Shown here piece by piece: positions 27,700 through 38,314 of a DNA stretch of 64,000 nucleotides (its first letter is position 1; each line of letters begins with the position of its first letter). A program made the position numbers and the translations under genes. The notes under the pieces are model-generated. The model saw only the letters and a program-made list of their open reading frames with translations, was not told where the DNA came from and ran no database searches. The stretch is from Methanomassiliicoccales archaeon (GTDB lineage: Archaea > Thermoplasmatota > Thermoplasmata > RBG-16-68-12 > SOIM01): contig JAUVGH010000004.1 in assembly GCA_030593885.1 (NCBI GenBank), positions 13,783 through 77,782 on the forward strand, read 5' to 3'.

Positions 27700-28329
27700 A
27701 TGAGGAAGGACATCGTTGTGGTCGGCGCTGTTTGCGGAATTCTTGCCCCAATCATCTGGTTCGTCTTCTACCTCATCGCATGGAGCCAGAGCCCCTGGTA
27801 TGAACTCGGCGGACATTACCTGAGCGACCTCGGCGTTGGTGAAGGTGCGTGGGCCTTCAACACCGGTGCTGTGATTGCTGGCTATTTGGCAATTCCATTC
27901 TCGATCGGTCTTTGGGTCACACTCAGGCCCGGATGGTTGCCCCTGATCGGAAGTGCTGTGGGCATCGTCACCGGCATTCTACTGATGTGCGTCGGTATCT
28001 TCACAGAGGATTACGGCAGTCTTCATTTCGTGGTCAGTGTTCTGTTCTTTGCTTTCGCTGCCTTCTTCCAGATAATCATGGCTTGTCCCCTGATCCAGAA
28101 CCCCAAGACGAAGACCGTTGGTTGGGTCGTGACGATCATTATGCTGATCACTGTTTTCACTGTTGGCCTCATTCCACCCGTTCCCGTTCCGCTCCTTGAG
28201 ACTATCGCGGTCTTTGAGATACTGATTTGGACACTGGTCGTGGCAGCGCTATTGTTGTTCATTAGCACGAGGGATATCAAGCGCCCCATTCCCGCCAGCG
28301 CACCCGAGAAAACAACTATATCGTCGTAA
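27700..28329 (+). CDS. DUF998-family membrane protein
   Basis: PW...HYLSDLG, FN.G, GIF.E...LH..VS..FF; about 6 TM; GGAGG RBS. Confidence 0.8.
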   Translation: MRKDIVVVGAVCGILAPIIWFVFYLIAWSQSPWYELGGHYLSDLGVGEGAWAFNTGAVIAGYLAIPFSIGLWVTLRPGWLPLIGSAVGIVTGILLMCVGIFTEDYGSLHFVVSVLFFAFAAFFQIIMACPLIQNPKTKTVGWVVTIIMLITVFTVGLIPPVPVPLLETIAVFEILIWTLVVAALLLFISTRDIKRPIPASAPEKTTISS

Positions 28330-28378
28330 CCCGATTACGGTCCCGACATCCAAAATGGATGGAGGCTAAATTCGAACG

Positions 28379-28558
28379 TGGGCAGAATAGTGAGATACAT
28401 CAAGTGGTCGACTTGAGGGATATTGACTAGGGTATCCCCTGCTTCGGTGAAAGTATCGGGGGCCTGGACCTTCTGCTTCGGCAGCGGGTGTGTGGGCACC
28501 GGTCCTCGTGCCACCAGGGAAGGACTAGCTTCTCATTATCGGCCCGGATAATCGCCCA
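28379..28558 (+). ncRNA. Candidate structured non-coding RNA of unknown family
   Basis: Nested long-range helices plus several hairpins, including CTGC-TTCG-GCAG; strand inferred from the UUCG loop. Confidence 0.35.
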
Positions 28559-28620
28559 ATAACGCTTTTCAACCAGCCAAGTGGCTTCTGTTCTGGATTC
28601 GACTCTGATTAGGTGACCTG

Positions 28621-29469
28621 ATGGAAAGTGGCGATGTATCTCTGGAAGAGTTCCTGCTGAAAGAGCACGAGCAGTCCTACGAGCAGTTGAGGAACATGGA
28701 CCGCATTCTCACCACCTTCTTCTGGCTGTTCATCACCCTTGTAGTTGCCGTGATCTTGGTCGTGGGGGTAATAATCGGCATCAGCGGCATCGATGCCAGC
28801 ATTCTGATATTCATCTCCCTGGCGTGCATCGTGCTTCTGGTGATAGGACTTGCCATGCTCCAGTTGTCCCTCCACTTGAAGGACAGGCAGAATCTGGTTG
28901 CCGCATATCTGCAGGAGATGGTGCTCTATTTCATGGGCAAAGGACTCAAACCGGTCGGAGGCGCTCCAAGGAACCAGGAAGCGGCCAGGATCCTCGATTT
29001 CAAATACGTATATGACGACAGCCACCGAAATGACTGGCACATGAGGAGAAGGGACCACATTCAGGGATATGGGTCGTACGATGAAGCGGGAGACGCCTGG
29101 ACATCCGGGCATCCTCTGGCGAACAAGATGATGTCCTTCAATATTCTGATGCTCAGCGGTCTTGTGGCCTTTTCTGTCGCAACACTTGCTGCAGGTTTGA
29201 TATGGGGAGGCTCAGGCTACAGCATCCAGACGACCGGAGAGTACCTCTATTTCGGCCTGGTGCTCGGGATGGAGTTCTTTGTCTCGTCATGGATATTCTT
29301 CAGGTTCATCCTCAAGTCGCGCATGAAGGCCAGGAGGGAGTTCGCGGACGAGGCGTTCAGGAGGAAGAGGGAGGAGTGGTTCGGCGGAACTCCCGGTCCG
29401 AAGAAGGTCGATGAGCTGATAAGGTCCAGCACATCATGGAAGAAAGAGATAAGCGTGAAAGAGGACTAG
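28621..29469 (+). CDS. Hypothetical membrane protein (2+2 TM)
   Basis: GGTGA RBS; two TM hairpins separated by a soluble loop. Confidence 0.75.
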   Translation: MESGDVSLEEFLLKEHEQSYEQLRNMDRILTTFFWLFITLVVAVILVVGVIIGISGIDASILIFISLACIVLLVIGLAMLQLSLHLKDRQNLVAAYLQEMVLYFMGKGLKPVGGAPRNQEAARILDFKYVYDDSHRNDWHMRRRDHIQGYGSYDEAGDAWTSGHPLANKMMSFNILMLSGLVAFSVATLAAGLIWGGSGYSIQTTGEYLYFGLVLGMEFFVSSWIFFRFILKSRMKARREFADEAFRRKREEWFGGTPGPKKVDELIRSSTSWKKEISVKED

Positions 29470-29470
29470 T

Positions 29471-30337
29471 CTATTCGAACAGCTTCGCCACGTTGATGTC
29501 CTGTTCCTCACCCATGCTGTCGGCCACTGGTCTGCATTTTGTTCTCAGCAGATACGCGATCGGCCGGTAGTCGTGTTCAGAGAAGGATTCCCAGTTCGCC
29601 ATTCCTTTGGCGACGAGCAGTGTCGCATTCTCCACTCTCTTCAGCAGTTCTGGATCGAGCTTTTCCATCGGCACCCCAACGGCGAATGCGTTCGTTGTGG
29701 ATACTTCATCCACCATCTTGTCTATTCCGAACTCCCGGACATCTTCTATTGTGGCATCCGTGAGAATCGGCTCCCCTCTGGCCACGTATGTCAAGTGGAT
29801 ATCGAACTCCTTCAGTTCCTTGATTAGAATCCTGTCGAATATGATTTCGCCGCAGTTGTCGCCGAAGAGGAACACATCGCCGCCCTTCTCCAGGATCCTC
29901 TTCATCTCTCCGGTATCGTCCCTGCCCAGTCCTTCCTCAAGGATCGAATTGAACCCCTGCAACAGCTCTTCTGGCGCCTCGATGGAGGAACCTATCCCGA
30001 AGTCCAGGACATTTCCAGCGATCGAGCATATGACCGCAGCCTTGAACCTGTCGTCAGAGCTCTCCACGAACTCTTCGGCTATTGGGAACAGCTCCAGTGC
30101 CACCTTGTTGCTCCGTTCCTTCATTCCCTTGTACGGGTCGTCGGTTCCCAAGATGTCATAGACCACTCTGTGAACGATCGTGGCCACTTCCGCAGACACC
30201 GCCGGGTCCTTGTACTCCTCGTTCAGAACTTCCATCGCCCTCGCCATCACTTCGGATCCCAGTTTCTCATCCACTAGGTTGGCCTCGTAAAGGCACCTCT
30301 TCAACAGGCACGGAATGCACTCTGGCTGTATCTGCAC
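29471..30337 (-). CDS. Damage-control phosphatase, ARMT1/DUF89 family
   Basis: ECIPCL, DPYK..K..SN, AGNVLDFG, DNCGEIIFD, KGMANWES, KC.PVA. Confidence 0.92.
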   Translation of the reverse strand: MQIQPECIPCLLKRCLYEANLVDEKLGSEVMARAMEVLNEEYKDPAVSAEVATIVHRVVYDILGTDDPYKGMKERSNKVALELFPIAEEFVESSDDRFKAAVICSIAGNVLDFGIGSSIEAPEELLQGFNSILEEGLGRDDTGEMKRILEKGGDVFLFGDNCGEIIFDRILIKELKEFDIHLTYVARGEPILTDATIEDVREFGIDKMVDEVSTTNAFAVGVPMEKLDPELLKRVENATLLVAKGMANWESFSEHDYRPIAYLLRTKCRPVADSMGEEQDINVAKLFE

Positions 30338-30376
30338 GTTCTAGACAGAAGGAGACATGGGTAAAAACATTGCGCG

Positions 30377-31498
30377 TCAGATCTTGATGCCGATCTCGCT
30401 GAGCTTCTCCGGAAGATATGTGTCGGTGACGTAGTCCAATCCGTACTTGGCCAGCGCCTGCTGTTCCGCCTTCTTCTTTATCTTCAACATGGTCTCTATC
30501 TCGTCCTTCCAGAACCTGTCCTTGAACCTCGGGTCGGTGAGTTCTGATTCAAGCGCTCTTATGTCAGAGCTGTTCAGCTTGTCCGTGGGAAGGTCGTAGT
30601 TCAGGATGTCCGATGACGTGATCCCGAGGTACTGCGCGGTGGGCGTTGCCAGATACTCAGAGATGTGCGCGGTCTTGATGGCCCCGTATGCTATGGAAGC
30701 GAATATCCTGAACGACCATGGGTCACCGTCCACGAAGACCACTATGGGCAGGTTCAGCTCCTTGTTCAACCTCTTCATGAACCTTCTCGTTGATCTCGCT
30801 GGCTGTCCCTTGAGATGGACCAGAACACAATTCGCATCCTCATCGAACCCGTTCTCCACCAACCGATCGAACATACCGCCTGTTTCTATGGCTATGACGA
30901 ACTTCGCATCCGTTTCCAGCAGCTCGATCTTGTCCTCCTCTACGTTGTATGGAATGCCATATCCCGAATCACCGACGTCATCCCTGCAGTTGATCGTCTT
31001 CTTCTGACCCTTCCTGTTCCTTTCCCTTAGTGTGACGTTCCCCATGACCCTGGCCCCGTCCTCCTCTGGTCTCAGCTTCAGGTCCTCCCTCATACACTCG
31101 GTGAGTATCTCCAGGTCCTCAGCAAGATTATTCGACTCGTCCTGTGAAGAGAACTTGGCCATGTCCCAGCCTTCAGAAATGTAATACATCTCTCTCAGCG
31201 TGGAGGACTTCTCGCTTTTTATCATCTCCCTGATGAAATCCAGCATGTACATCGTTCTCAAGAGCATGTACGCCCCCCGGAGCTTCTTGGCCGACCTGAT
31301 GCCCTTGGTCGCTCCGTACTTCCACACACCCTTGCTCGCAACGAACCTTATGTTGCTCTTGGCCCGGATGGGGATCTTCATGTTGGGTATCTGCCCCTTG
31401 TCCAGCTGGTCGTATATCTCTTCAGCCAGCTCGTGCAGCTTCTCAACCGGCCTCTGATGCCTCTCTTCCAGTTCCGTCAGCTTCATGACTTTCGTCAT
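30377..31498 (-). CDS. top6A: DNA topoisomerase VI subunit A
   Basis: [36 protein letters not shown]. Confidence 0.97.
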   Translation of the reverse strand: MTKVMKLTELEERHQRPVEKLHELAEEIYDQLDKGQIPNMKIPIRAKSNIRFVASKGVWKYGATKGIRSAKKLRGAYMLLRTMYMLDFIREMIKSEKSSTLREMYYISEGWDMAKFSSQDESNNLAEDLEILTECMREDLKLRPEEDGARVMGNVTLRERNRKGQKKTINCRDDVGDSGYGIPYNVEEDKIELLETDAKFVIAIETGGMFDRLVENGFDEDANCVLVHLKGQPARSTRRFMKRLNKELNLPIVVFVDGDPWSFRIFASIAYGAIKTAHISEYLATPTAQYLGITSSDILNYDLPTDKLNSSDIRALESELTDPRFKDRFWKDEIETMLKIKKKAEQQALAKYGLDYVTDTYLPEKLSEIGIKI

Positions 31499-33470
31499 CC
31501 AATTCCTCCTCGACTTCGTCGTAATCGAGTTCCTCTTCGGGTTTTTCCTCTATGATCTCCTCAACAGTGGGAGGTTTCATCTTCAAGTCCCAGTCTCCTG
31601 GCAATGGCTCCGCGCCGACCACGCTGGTCGGGTTGATGCCGCTCACGTAAAGCTCGGTCTCGTCGTACTCGTCCTCGTCCATGCCGAACAGCTCGAAGGT
31701 CGCCGTCCCTATCTCGGTGGTCGGTATCCTCTTCAGCTCCCAGGTTATCTTGCCGTCCTCCTTGATCTCCTTCGGCTTGGGATCGCACGAATCCAGGTCC
31801 AGATTCTCGTACGGGACTATTCCGTGAAGGTTGAACTTCTGACCCTTGGGAGTGTAGTTGTAGACCTTGAGAGTGACCTTGTGCCTTCTCTTCTCGAACA
31901 CCACCTCCTCGTCTATCCAGACCACGTTCATGATCTTGGTGATGGTCTTCCTGAGATCGGGGACCTTCCTGTTCACTATCTTCGATGACTTCTGGGCGAT
32001 CTCCGGCAGTATCTTCTGGACGATGTCGAACTTCTCCCTGGTCTTGGCCTTCTTCACCTTCCTCTTCATGTGGCTCCCGAGCTTCCGACCGCACACCCTC
32101 AACGCCCTTTCGATCTCGGTCTCTATCTTGGGGATCTTGGCCACGGCCTCTTTCGATTCTGACGTGTACGGGACCTTGGAGGATGCGAAGTGTATCAGCA
32201 CTATCGCAGGACCGAACGGGATTCCATGTCCACCCCTCTGCTCCAGTCCATATCTTCTCCAGTCCACCTTCTCCACCGCGGTCGTCATCGCACACGCACC
32301 CTGCTGGTACAACAGCGGGATCCGGTTCGCATATCTCAGGATCTCGATGGGCTTGTCCTGCGGCAGTTGCCCTCCGTAGACAATTCCCACCTCCACCTGG
32401 AACGGACTACCGCTGTACACGCATGGATCTCTGGTGACCGGGGGACAATAGAACTCCGGCTTCAGCTCTCCCAGCACGTTCTTCAGCCCCTTCTTGATCA
32501 GCCTCTCGCCTATTGGCGACAAGCAGTCCGTGGGTGGGGCCATTATCTTGATCTTCTTGACGGCTTCCAGTATTCTCCTCGCCTCGTCCAATGTCAACCT
32601 CTTGGGGTGCCTTTCCAACGGTACATCAGCCTTCGTAAGTATCTCTATGGCAACCCTGGAGCTGATCCTGGAGAACTCCTTCTGCAGGAAAGCGGTCATC
32701 TTGTAGCTGCCGGTGGCCTTCGCCATCTTGAGGAGCGTTCCAAGTTCTATTCCCTGAGGATGCGGTTTTATCTCCTCCGTCTTTGGAGGGAGGATTTCGG
32801 ACGCCCTCTCGAACAGGTACTGGGTCCCGAACGGGTCCTTGTACACTATCCTGGCATGAGGGTTCACTATCGCGGTCCCCTTGAGGTATTCCAGCACTGA
32901 CTGCTTCCCCATCACGTACCGGCCCCTCAGCTGCATCTCTATCCTGGTCCCGCTCTCCTTCTCCCACACCACGAAGTCGTCCCGGACCACCTTGGGTCTG
33001 TTCCTCTTGGTGTCCAGCATCAGTTCGACCTGATACGCCACGTCCTTGTTCTTCACCTTCGATCGGATGATGGACGGTCTGCCTGTCGTGAGCTGAGCGT
33101 ACATGACCGCAGCCGATATCCCCAGCCCCTGCTGTCCCCTGGTCTGTCTCAGGCTGTGGAATCTCGAACCGTACAGAAGTCTACCGAAGATATGGGGGAC
33201 CTGTTTCTTCACTATCCCCGGGCCGTTGTCCTCGATTATCAGTCGGAACTCGTCATTATTGATCTTCTTTATCTGGACGAAGATCTCGGGCAGTATCTCC
33301 GCTTCCTCACACACATCCAGAGAGTTGTCCACCGCTTCCTTTACGGATGTGATCATCGCCCTGGTGAGGCTGTCAAAACCAAGTATGTGCTTGTTTCTCT
33401 CGAAGAACTCCGAGACAGATATCTCCTTCTGCTTCTTGGCCAGTTTTTGAGCGATTGATGTGGAAGCCAT
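31443..33470 (-). CDS. top6B: DNA topoisomerase VI subunit B, with C-terminal extension
   Basis: [45 protein letters not shown]. Confidence 0.97.
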   Translation of the reverse strand: MASTSIAQKLAKKQKEISVSEFFERNKHILGFDSLTRAMITSVKEAVDNSLDVCEEAEILPEIFVQIKKINNDEFRLIIEDNGPGIVKKQVPHIFGRLLYGSRFHSLRQTRGQQGLGISAAVMYAQLTTGRPSIIRSKVKNKDVAYQVELMLDTKRNRPKVVRDDFVVWEKESGTRIEMQLRGRYVMGKQSVLEYLKGTAIVNPHARIVYKDPFGTQYLFERASEILPPKTEEIKPHPQGIELGTLLKMAKATGSYKMTAFLQKEFSRISSRVAIEILTKADVPLERHPKRLTLDEARRILEAVKKIKIMAPPTDCLSPIGERLIKKGLKNVLGELKPEFYCPPVTRDPCVYSGSPFQVEVGIVYGGQLPQDKPIEILRYANRIPLLYQQGACAMTTAVEKVDWRRYGLEQRGGHGIPFGPAIVLIHFASSKVPYTSESKEAVAKIPKIETEIERALRVCGRKLGSHMKRKVKKAKTREKFDIVQKILPEIAQKSSKIVNRKVPDLRKTITKIMNVVWIDEEVVFEKRRHKVTLKVYNYTPKGQKFNLHGIVPYENLDLDSCDPKPKEIKEDGKITWELKRIPTTEIGTATFELFGMDEDEYDETELYVSGINPTSVVGAEPLPGDWDLKMKPPTVEEIIEEKPEEELDYDEVEEELDDESHEADGTGREASEAG

Positions 33471-33533
33471 CTCATCCCTTCTGTGGGGTGGTAATGATAT
33501 CGGGCGATATAAATCTAACTTGAGTTATGTAAG

Positions 33534-34637
33534 TCAAGTCGCCTCGGGCCCTTCCTCATCATCGTCAAAAGCCTCGCCGCAGCTGGGGCACTTGTCCGCG
33601 TCCGCAGGAACGTCCGCTCCGCACTTGTCGCACTCGAACTCGGAATCTTCCTCCTGTGCTTCTTCCTCTGTTCCTTCCTCCTCATCTTTATCAAAGGACG
33701 CACCGCAGCTGGGGCACTTGTCCGCATTCTCGGGAACATCGGCACCGCATCTGTCGCACTCGAACTCGGCCCATTCCTCCTCCTTCATGGCATCCATCCG
33801 TTCCTGCCATTGGGAGGACCTCTGCCTGGCCTTTCCAAGCCACCAGTACATGCCCACTCCCATGTAAAAGAGCGCGATCACGAAGAGCATGTTGTTGAAG
33901 GCCAGCACTGTGGAATGCCAATACTGGTCGAACAGATTAGCGTTCATGGGTCCGAAACCGTAGCTCGTGAAGTCTTCGTTCTCGAAACCGGTGTCCGCCG
34001 AAGTTCCGCCTGTGTCCTCCGTTTCAAAGAAGAAGAAGTGATTGGGCCACTCCGGATAACCGATGGGTTGAGATGCTGGGAGGGTGGTCCTTACCTGGAA
34101 CTCTGCACCGTTCGTGTAGTTGGTGTCAGATGTGTCGGTCGGGCTCATTGTGAATGTGTCGGTCTTGGATCCGTTCTCCACCGGTCTATCAACCACGATG
34201 ACCCTGACGAAGACTGGAGGCAGGTTATTCTCGTTCTCGTAGACGACAGTGAAGGTGAACTCGGTTCCCGCGTCCCCCGACTTGGGAGACACCACGCCCT
34301 GGGACAGGTTCCCCTCAGCGTACTGCGGCTCAACGTGTCTGGACATGCTCTCGAACGTTGCATAATAGTCGGAGTAATCGTACGCCCTCTGCGTGCTCAC
34401 GGCGGCGAAGGCGAAAGAGTTGACAACAAGAATGAATATGCCAAGGATGGCAAACCTCTTAGGCCCTTTGAATCCGAGGTAGTACGGGATGGCCAGCGCG
34501 CTCAGGGGCACAAGAAGGATGAAGAAGCAACCCGAGACCACGTAGAAGAAGGTGCTGATGAGCACTATCGGTATGAGGTAGAACAAGAAGCCCCACTTGG
34601 TCTCGTTTATCTTGGCCTGAAATCCCTTGAGGTCCAT
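33534..34637 (-). CDS. Membrane protein with an extracellular beta domain and C-terminal tandem zinc ribbons
   Basis: Start reassigned to MDLKGF; about 3 TM, beta-rich loop, TM, then EFECDxCGADVPxxADKCPSCG twice. Confidence 0.75.
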   Translation of the reverse strand: MDLKGFQAKINETKWGFLFYLIPIVLISTFFYVVSGCFFILLVPLSALAIPYYLGFKGPKRFAILGIFILVVNSFAFAAVSTQRAYDYSDYYATFESMSRHVEPQYAEGNLSQGVVSPKSGDAGTEFTFTVVYENENNLPPVFVRVIVVDRPVENGSKTDTFTMSPTDTSDTNYTNGAEFQVRTTLPASQPIGYPEWPNHFFFFETEDTGGTSADTGFENEDFTSYGFGPMNANLFDQYWHSTVLAFNNMLFVIALFYMGVGMYWWLGKARQRSSQWQERMDAMKEEEWAEFECDRCGADVPENADKCPSCGASFDKDEEEGTEEEAQEEDSEFECDKCGADVPADADKCPSCGEAFDDDEEGPEAT

Positions 34638-34727
34638 TGCCACGAGTATTCGAGGTTTGGTTATTAATATTGTGCGGTTCGGCCACAGCATAAGGTTTTT
34701 GAAGAGTATCGGGATTCTAAGGGTGCA

Positions 34728-35825
34728 ATGCCGGAGATCCAGGAGCAGATAGCCGAGATAGAGGACGAGATACAGCGGACGCCCTACAACAAGGCTACCC
34801 AGCACCATATAGGGAAGCTCAAGGCCAAGCTCGCCAGGCTCAAGGAGAAGGCTGAGAAGAAGACCGGCGGCGCCACAGGCACATCCTACGCGGTCTCCAA
34901 GGAGGGCAACGCGACCGTTGCGCTCGTGGGTTTTCCCAGCGCCGGAAAGAGCACATTGCTGAATCAACTGACAAATGCCGAGTCTGATGTGGGGGATTAC
35001 GACTTCACCACCCTCAAGATCGTTCCTGGAATGATGGAGTACAAGGGCGCAAACATCCAGTTGCTGGACATGCCTGGGATCGTAAGAGGAGCGTCAAGAG
35101 GGAGAGGCAGGGGAAGGGAGATCATCTCTGTCATCAGGGCCTCGGACCTCATCGTCATATTGCTGGACGTGTTCGAGACCAATCTCGGCCTCATGCTCGA
35201 AGAGCTCTACGACGCCGGCATAAGGTTCAACGACAGCCTTCCAGACATCGTTGCTACCCGGAAGGACAGGGGCGGGATAAGCGTCAACACGACCGTCAAG
35301 CTCACCAAGATTGACGAGGAGATGATCGAGGACATCTTCCGCGAATGGGGCTTCATCAATGCGGATGTTGTGGTGCGGGAGGACGTCACCGAGGACCGTG
35401 TCATCGACTGGCTGGCCGGGAACCGCGCCTACATATCATCCGTTCTGGTCCTGAACAAGGCGGACCTGGTCACAAAGGCCTACCTGAACCACCTGAAGAG
35501 GAAACTCAAAGGCTGGGAGTTCCTCCCCATATCCGCCAAGAACGGTACCGGGCTCCCCAAACTGAGGAAGAAGATCTACGATACACTGGAATTCATCCGG
35601 GTCTACATGAAACCTCAAGGCAAGGAAGCGGATTTCAAAGAACCTCTGGTGATCCAAAAAGGGTCCACGGTCTCAGCCGTGTGCGATTCAATCCACCGGG
35701 ACTTCAGGAGGAAGTTCAAGCACGCCAACGTGTGGGGCAAGAGCGCCAAGTTCTCGGGGCAGAGGGTCGGCCTGGGCCATGTGTTGAAGGATAAGGATGT
35801 TGTAACCGTAATCATTCAGAAGTGA
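34728..35825 (+). CDS. DRG/Rbg-family OBG GTPase with TGS domain
   Basis: NKATQHHIG.LKAKLA, GFPSAGKST, FTTL, DMPG, NKAD, VWGKSAK. Confidence 0.95.
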   Translation: MPEIQEQIAEIEDEIQRTPYNKATQHHIGKLKAKLARLKEKAEKKTGGATGTSYAVSKEGNATVALVGFPSAGKSTLLNQLTNAESDVGDYDFTTLKIVPGMMEYKGANIQLLDMPGIVRGASRGRGRGREIISVIRASDLIVILLDVFETNLGLMLEELYDAGIRFNDSLPDIVATRKDRGGISVNTTVKLTKIDEEMIEDIFREWGFINADVVVREDVTEDRVIDWLAGNRAYISSVLVLNKADLVTKAYLNHLKRKLKGWEFLPISAKNGTGLPKLRKKIYDTLEFIRVYMKPQGKEADFKEPLVIQKGSTVSAVCDSIHRDFRRKFKHANVWGKSAKFSGQRVGLGHVLKDKDVVTVIIQK

Positions 35826-35917
35826 CTGGTTGGCCAAGGTGGCTAACCTTTTTATTCGAACACGCATTTGGGAAAGTCCGCTTAGCAGGTTCAGATGGCC
35901 AGGAAAGAGGATTGAAC

Positions 35918-38230
35918 ATGGGAGAACCCAAGATCGCCGAGAAGAGATGGAAGCCGGAGCACGAGCTGGAGGCTTTGGATAGATGGGAGAAGACCAAGCC
36001 TTACGTGTTCGACAAGAACTCTGGCAAGCCTATCTATGTCATAGACACCCCTCCGCCTTATCCATCCGGTATCTGGCACATAGGTGCTGTTGCTGGCTAT
36101 TCCTTGATCGACATGTGCGCCCGGCTCAAGAGGATGCAGGGCTACGAGGTCCTGTTCCCGATGTGTCTGGACAAGAACGGCATTAACATTGAACTGACCG
36201 TTGAGAAGAAGTACAAGAAGGGGCTCCACGAGTTCGACAGGGAGGAGTTCATCAACATCTGCAGGGAGGAGATCGGCAAGATAAGCGAGGGGATACTCGA
36301 CCTATCCAGGAGGATAGGGCTGTCCGCGGACTTCGACGAGTACTTCTATGAGACCGACTCACCTGAATACAGAAAGAAGACCCAGGCAGTCTTCATAGAC
36401 CTGTGGAATAAAGGGCTCGTTTACACCGGCCTGAGGCCCAGCTTCTACTGCCCCGCCTGCAAGACGGCCATCGCCGAGGCCGAGATAGAGTACGAGGAGA
36501 GGCCCTCGACGCTTTCGTCATTGAGGTTCAAGGTCAAGGAGACCGGAGAGGACCTGATAATTGCGACCACGAGGCCAGAGCTCCTCTGCGCGTGCAAGTT
36601 GGTTCTCGTTCATCCGGACGATGAGAGGTGGACGCACCTGCACGGCAAGACGGCCATCGTTCCCCTCTACGGAATCGAGGTTCCCATTCAAGCCCATACT
36701 TACGTCAGTCCAGAGATCGGGAGCGGCATCGTTATGATGTGCTCATACGGAGACCTGGGAGACGTTCAGATATTCCGCGAACTTGCGTTGGAAGCGGTCA
36801 AGGCGATTGACGAGGACGGATTGATGACCGAGGCCGCAGGCGAATACCAAGGGATGAAGGTCGCAGACGCCAGGCAGAAGATACTGGAGGACCTGTTGGC
36901 TAACGATCTGGTCACCGACGAGGAATCGCTCATTCATCAGACACCGCTGTGCAGCAGGTCCCGGACCGAGATCGAGTTCATCCCCATGGAGGAGATGTAC
37001 CTCAAGCAGATCGAGTTCCTTGACGATCTAAGGGAAACCGCTAATCAAATGAAGTTCTATCCTGCGAAACATAAGAGGATCCTTGAGGACTGGATGGACG
37101 CTCTCACCATCGACTGGCCCATAAGCAGGAGGCGTTACTACCACACCGAGATCCCACTCTGGTACTGCAGGGGATGCGGCGAGGTCATCGTTCCGCCGCC
37201 GGGAGACTACTACCAGCCCTGGAAGGATCCACCACCCGTGAACACATGTCCAAAATGCGGCGGCGCGGAGTTCGAGGGCGAGGACCGGGTTTTCGATACC
37301 TGGATGGATTCCAGCAACAGCAACCTCGTCGCTTCGATGTTCATGATGGACGATCAGTTCTTCGAGAATAACTTCCCCACCTCACTTAGGCCTCAGGGCA
37401 GGGACATTGTCAGAACATGGCTCTATTACACGACCCTCAAGAGCTGGCTGGTCAAGAAGCAGAAGCCGTTCGAGCACGTCTTCATTCACGGTCTTGGGTT
37501 GGACGCAAACGGTAGGGCCATGCACAGGAGCCTCGGGAATCAGATACTGGCTGAGCCGGTGATCGATAGCCACGGTGCGGACTCGTTCCGGTTCTGGGCG
37601 GCGAGCGAGACCAATGTCGGGGACGATTTCAGGATATCAGAGGAGAGGATAGCGGGGTCCAAGAAGTTCTTGACAAAACTGTGGAACGTTGCACGCTTCG
37701 TTTCTTCATTCAGTTTCGCCGAGAAGGGCGATCTGAAGCCGACCGATGAGTGGATACTCTCCGAGCTGAACAACTTGGTCGAGGAGTGTGAGAAGGGCTA
37801 CGACCAGTACAACTTCTTCGTACCTTCCCACAAGGTTAGGAACTTCCTGTGGAACGCCTTCGCTTCCCACTATCTGGAGATGGCCAAATCCAGGGCGTAT
37901 CAGGAGGATACCGGAGCTCTTCATGCTCTTCACGAATGTCTCAGGACCGTGCTCAAACTGCTTGCGCCAATCACACCGTTCATAACCGAGAAGATATGGA
38001 TGGAGGTGTACGGAGGAGAGGTTCACAAGGAAGCGATGCCTCAACCCATTGGCGAGAGGAAGAGTGCTCTGTCAGAAGTTTCCGATGAGCTGATGGATTT
38101 CAACTCATCCATATGGAAGACGAAGAAGGACCAAGGGCTCAGTCTGCGGTCGGAGCTGGCGGGTGTGGAGATCCCGGAGAAGCTGGAACCGTTCAGGGAA
38201 GACCTTGTTGCCATGCACAATCTGGTCTGA
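35918..38230 (+). CDS. valS: Valine--tRNA ligase (archaeal type)
   Basis: IDTPPPY, HIGA, IATTRPEL, DWPISRRRYY, DTWMDSS, RPQGRDIVRTW, AMHRSLGN. Confidence 0.92.
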   Translation: MGEPKIAEKRWKPEHELEALDRWEKTKPYVFDKNSGKPIYVIDTPPPYPSGIWHIGAVAGYSLIDMCARLKRMQGYEVLFPMCLDKNGINIELTVEKKYKKGLHEFDREEFINICREEIGKISEGILDLSRRIGLSADFDEYFYETDSPEYRKKTQAVFIDLWNKGLVYTGLRPSFYCPACKTAIAEAEIEYEERPSTLSSLRFKVKETGEDLIIATTRPELLCACKLVLVHPDDERWTHLHGKTAIVPLYGIEVPIQAHTYVSPEIGSGIVMMCSYGDLGDVQIFRELALEAVKAIDEDGLMTEAAGEYQGMKVADARQKILEDLLANDLVTDEESLIHQTPLCSRSRTEIEFIPMEEMYLKQIEFLDDLRETANQMKFYPAKHKRILEDWMDALTIDWPISRRRYYHTEIPLWYCRGCGEVIVPPPGDYYQPWKDPPPVNTCPKCGGAEFEGEDRVFDTWMDSSNSNLVASMFMMDDQFFENNFPTSLRPQGRDIVRTWLYYTTLKSWLVKKQKPFEHVFIHGLGLDANGRAMHRSLGNQILAEPVIDSHGADSFRFWAASETNVGDDFRISEERIAGSKKFLTKLWNVARFVSSFSFAEKGDLKPTDEWILSELNNLVEECEKGYDQYNFFVPSHKVRNFLWNAFASHYLEMAKSRAYQEDTGALHALHECLRTVLKLLAPITPFITEKIWMEVYGGEVHKEAMPQPIGERKSALSEVSDELMDFNSSIWKTKKDQGLSLRSELAGVEIPEKLEPFREDLVAMHNLV

Positions 38231-38314
38231 CTGGTCGCAGACGGTTGACCTTTTGTTATGGATTATATTGCAGCACAGAAAAAGAGTTATAACACCCATC
38301 CAATTCTTCTGGCG

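Noticed and set aside
27541-27816. N-terminal 92 codons of the listed 206-aa ORF
   Set aside because: Overlaps the DUF998 gene and the promoter boxes; GTG at 27540 with an RBS is the better start.
28485-28560. HDV-like ribozyme, SRP RNA, or TPP/cobalamin riboswitch
   Set aside because: Only fragments match (TCCTCGT, AGGGAAGG); the required cores are missing.
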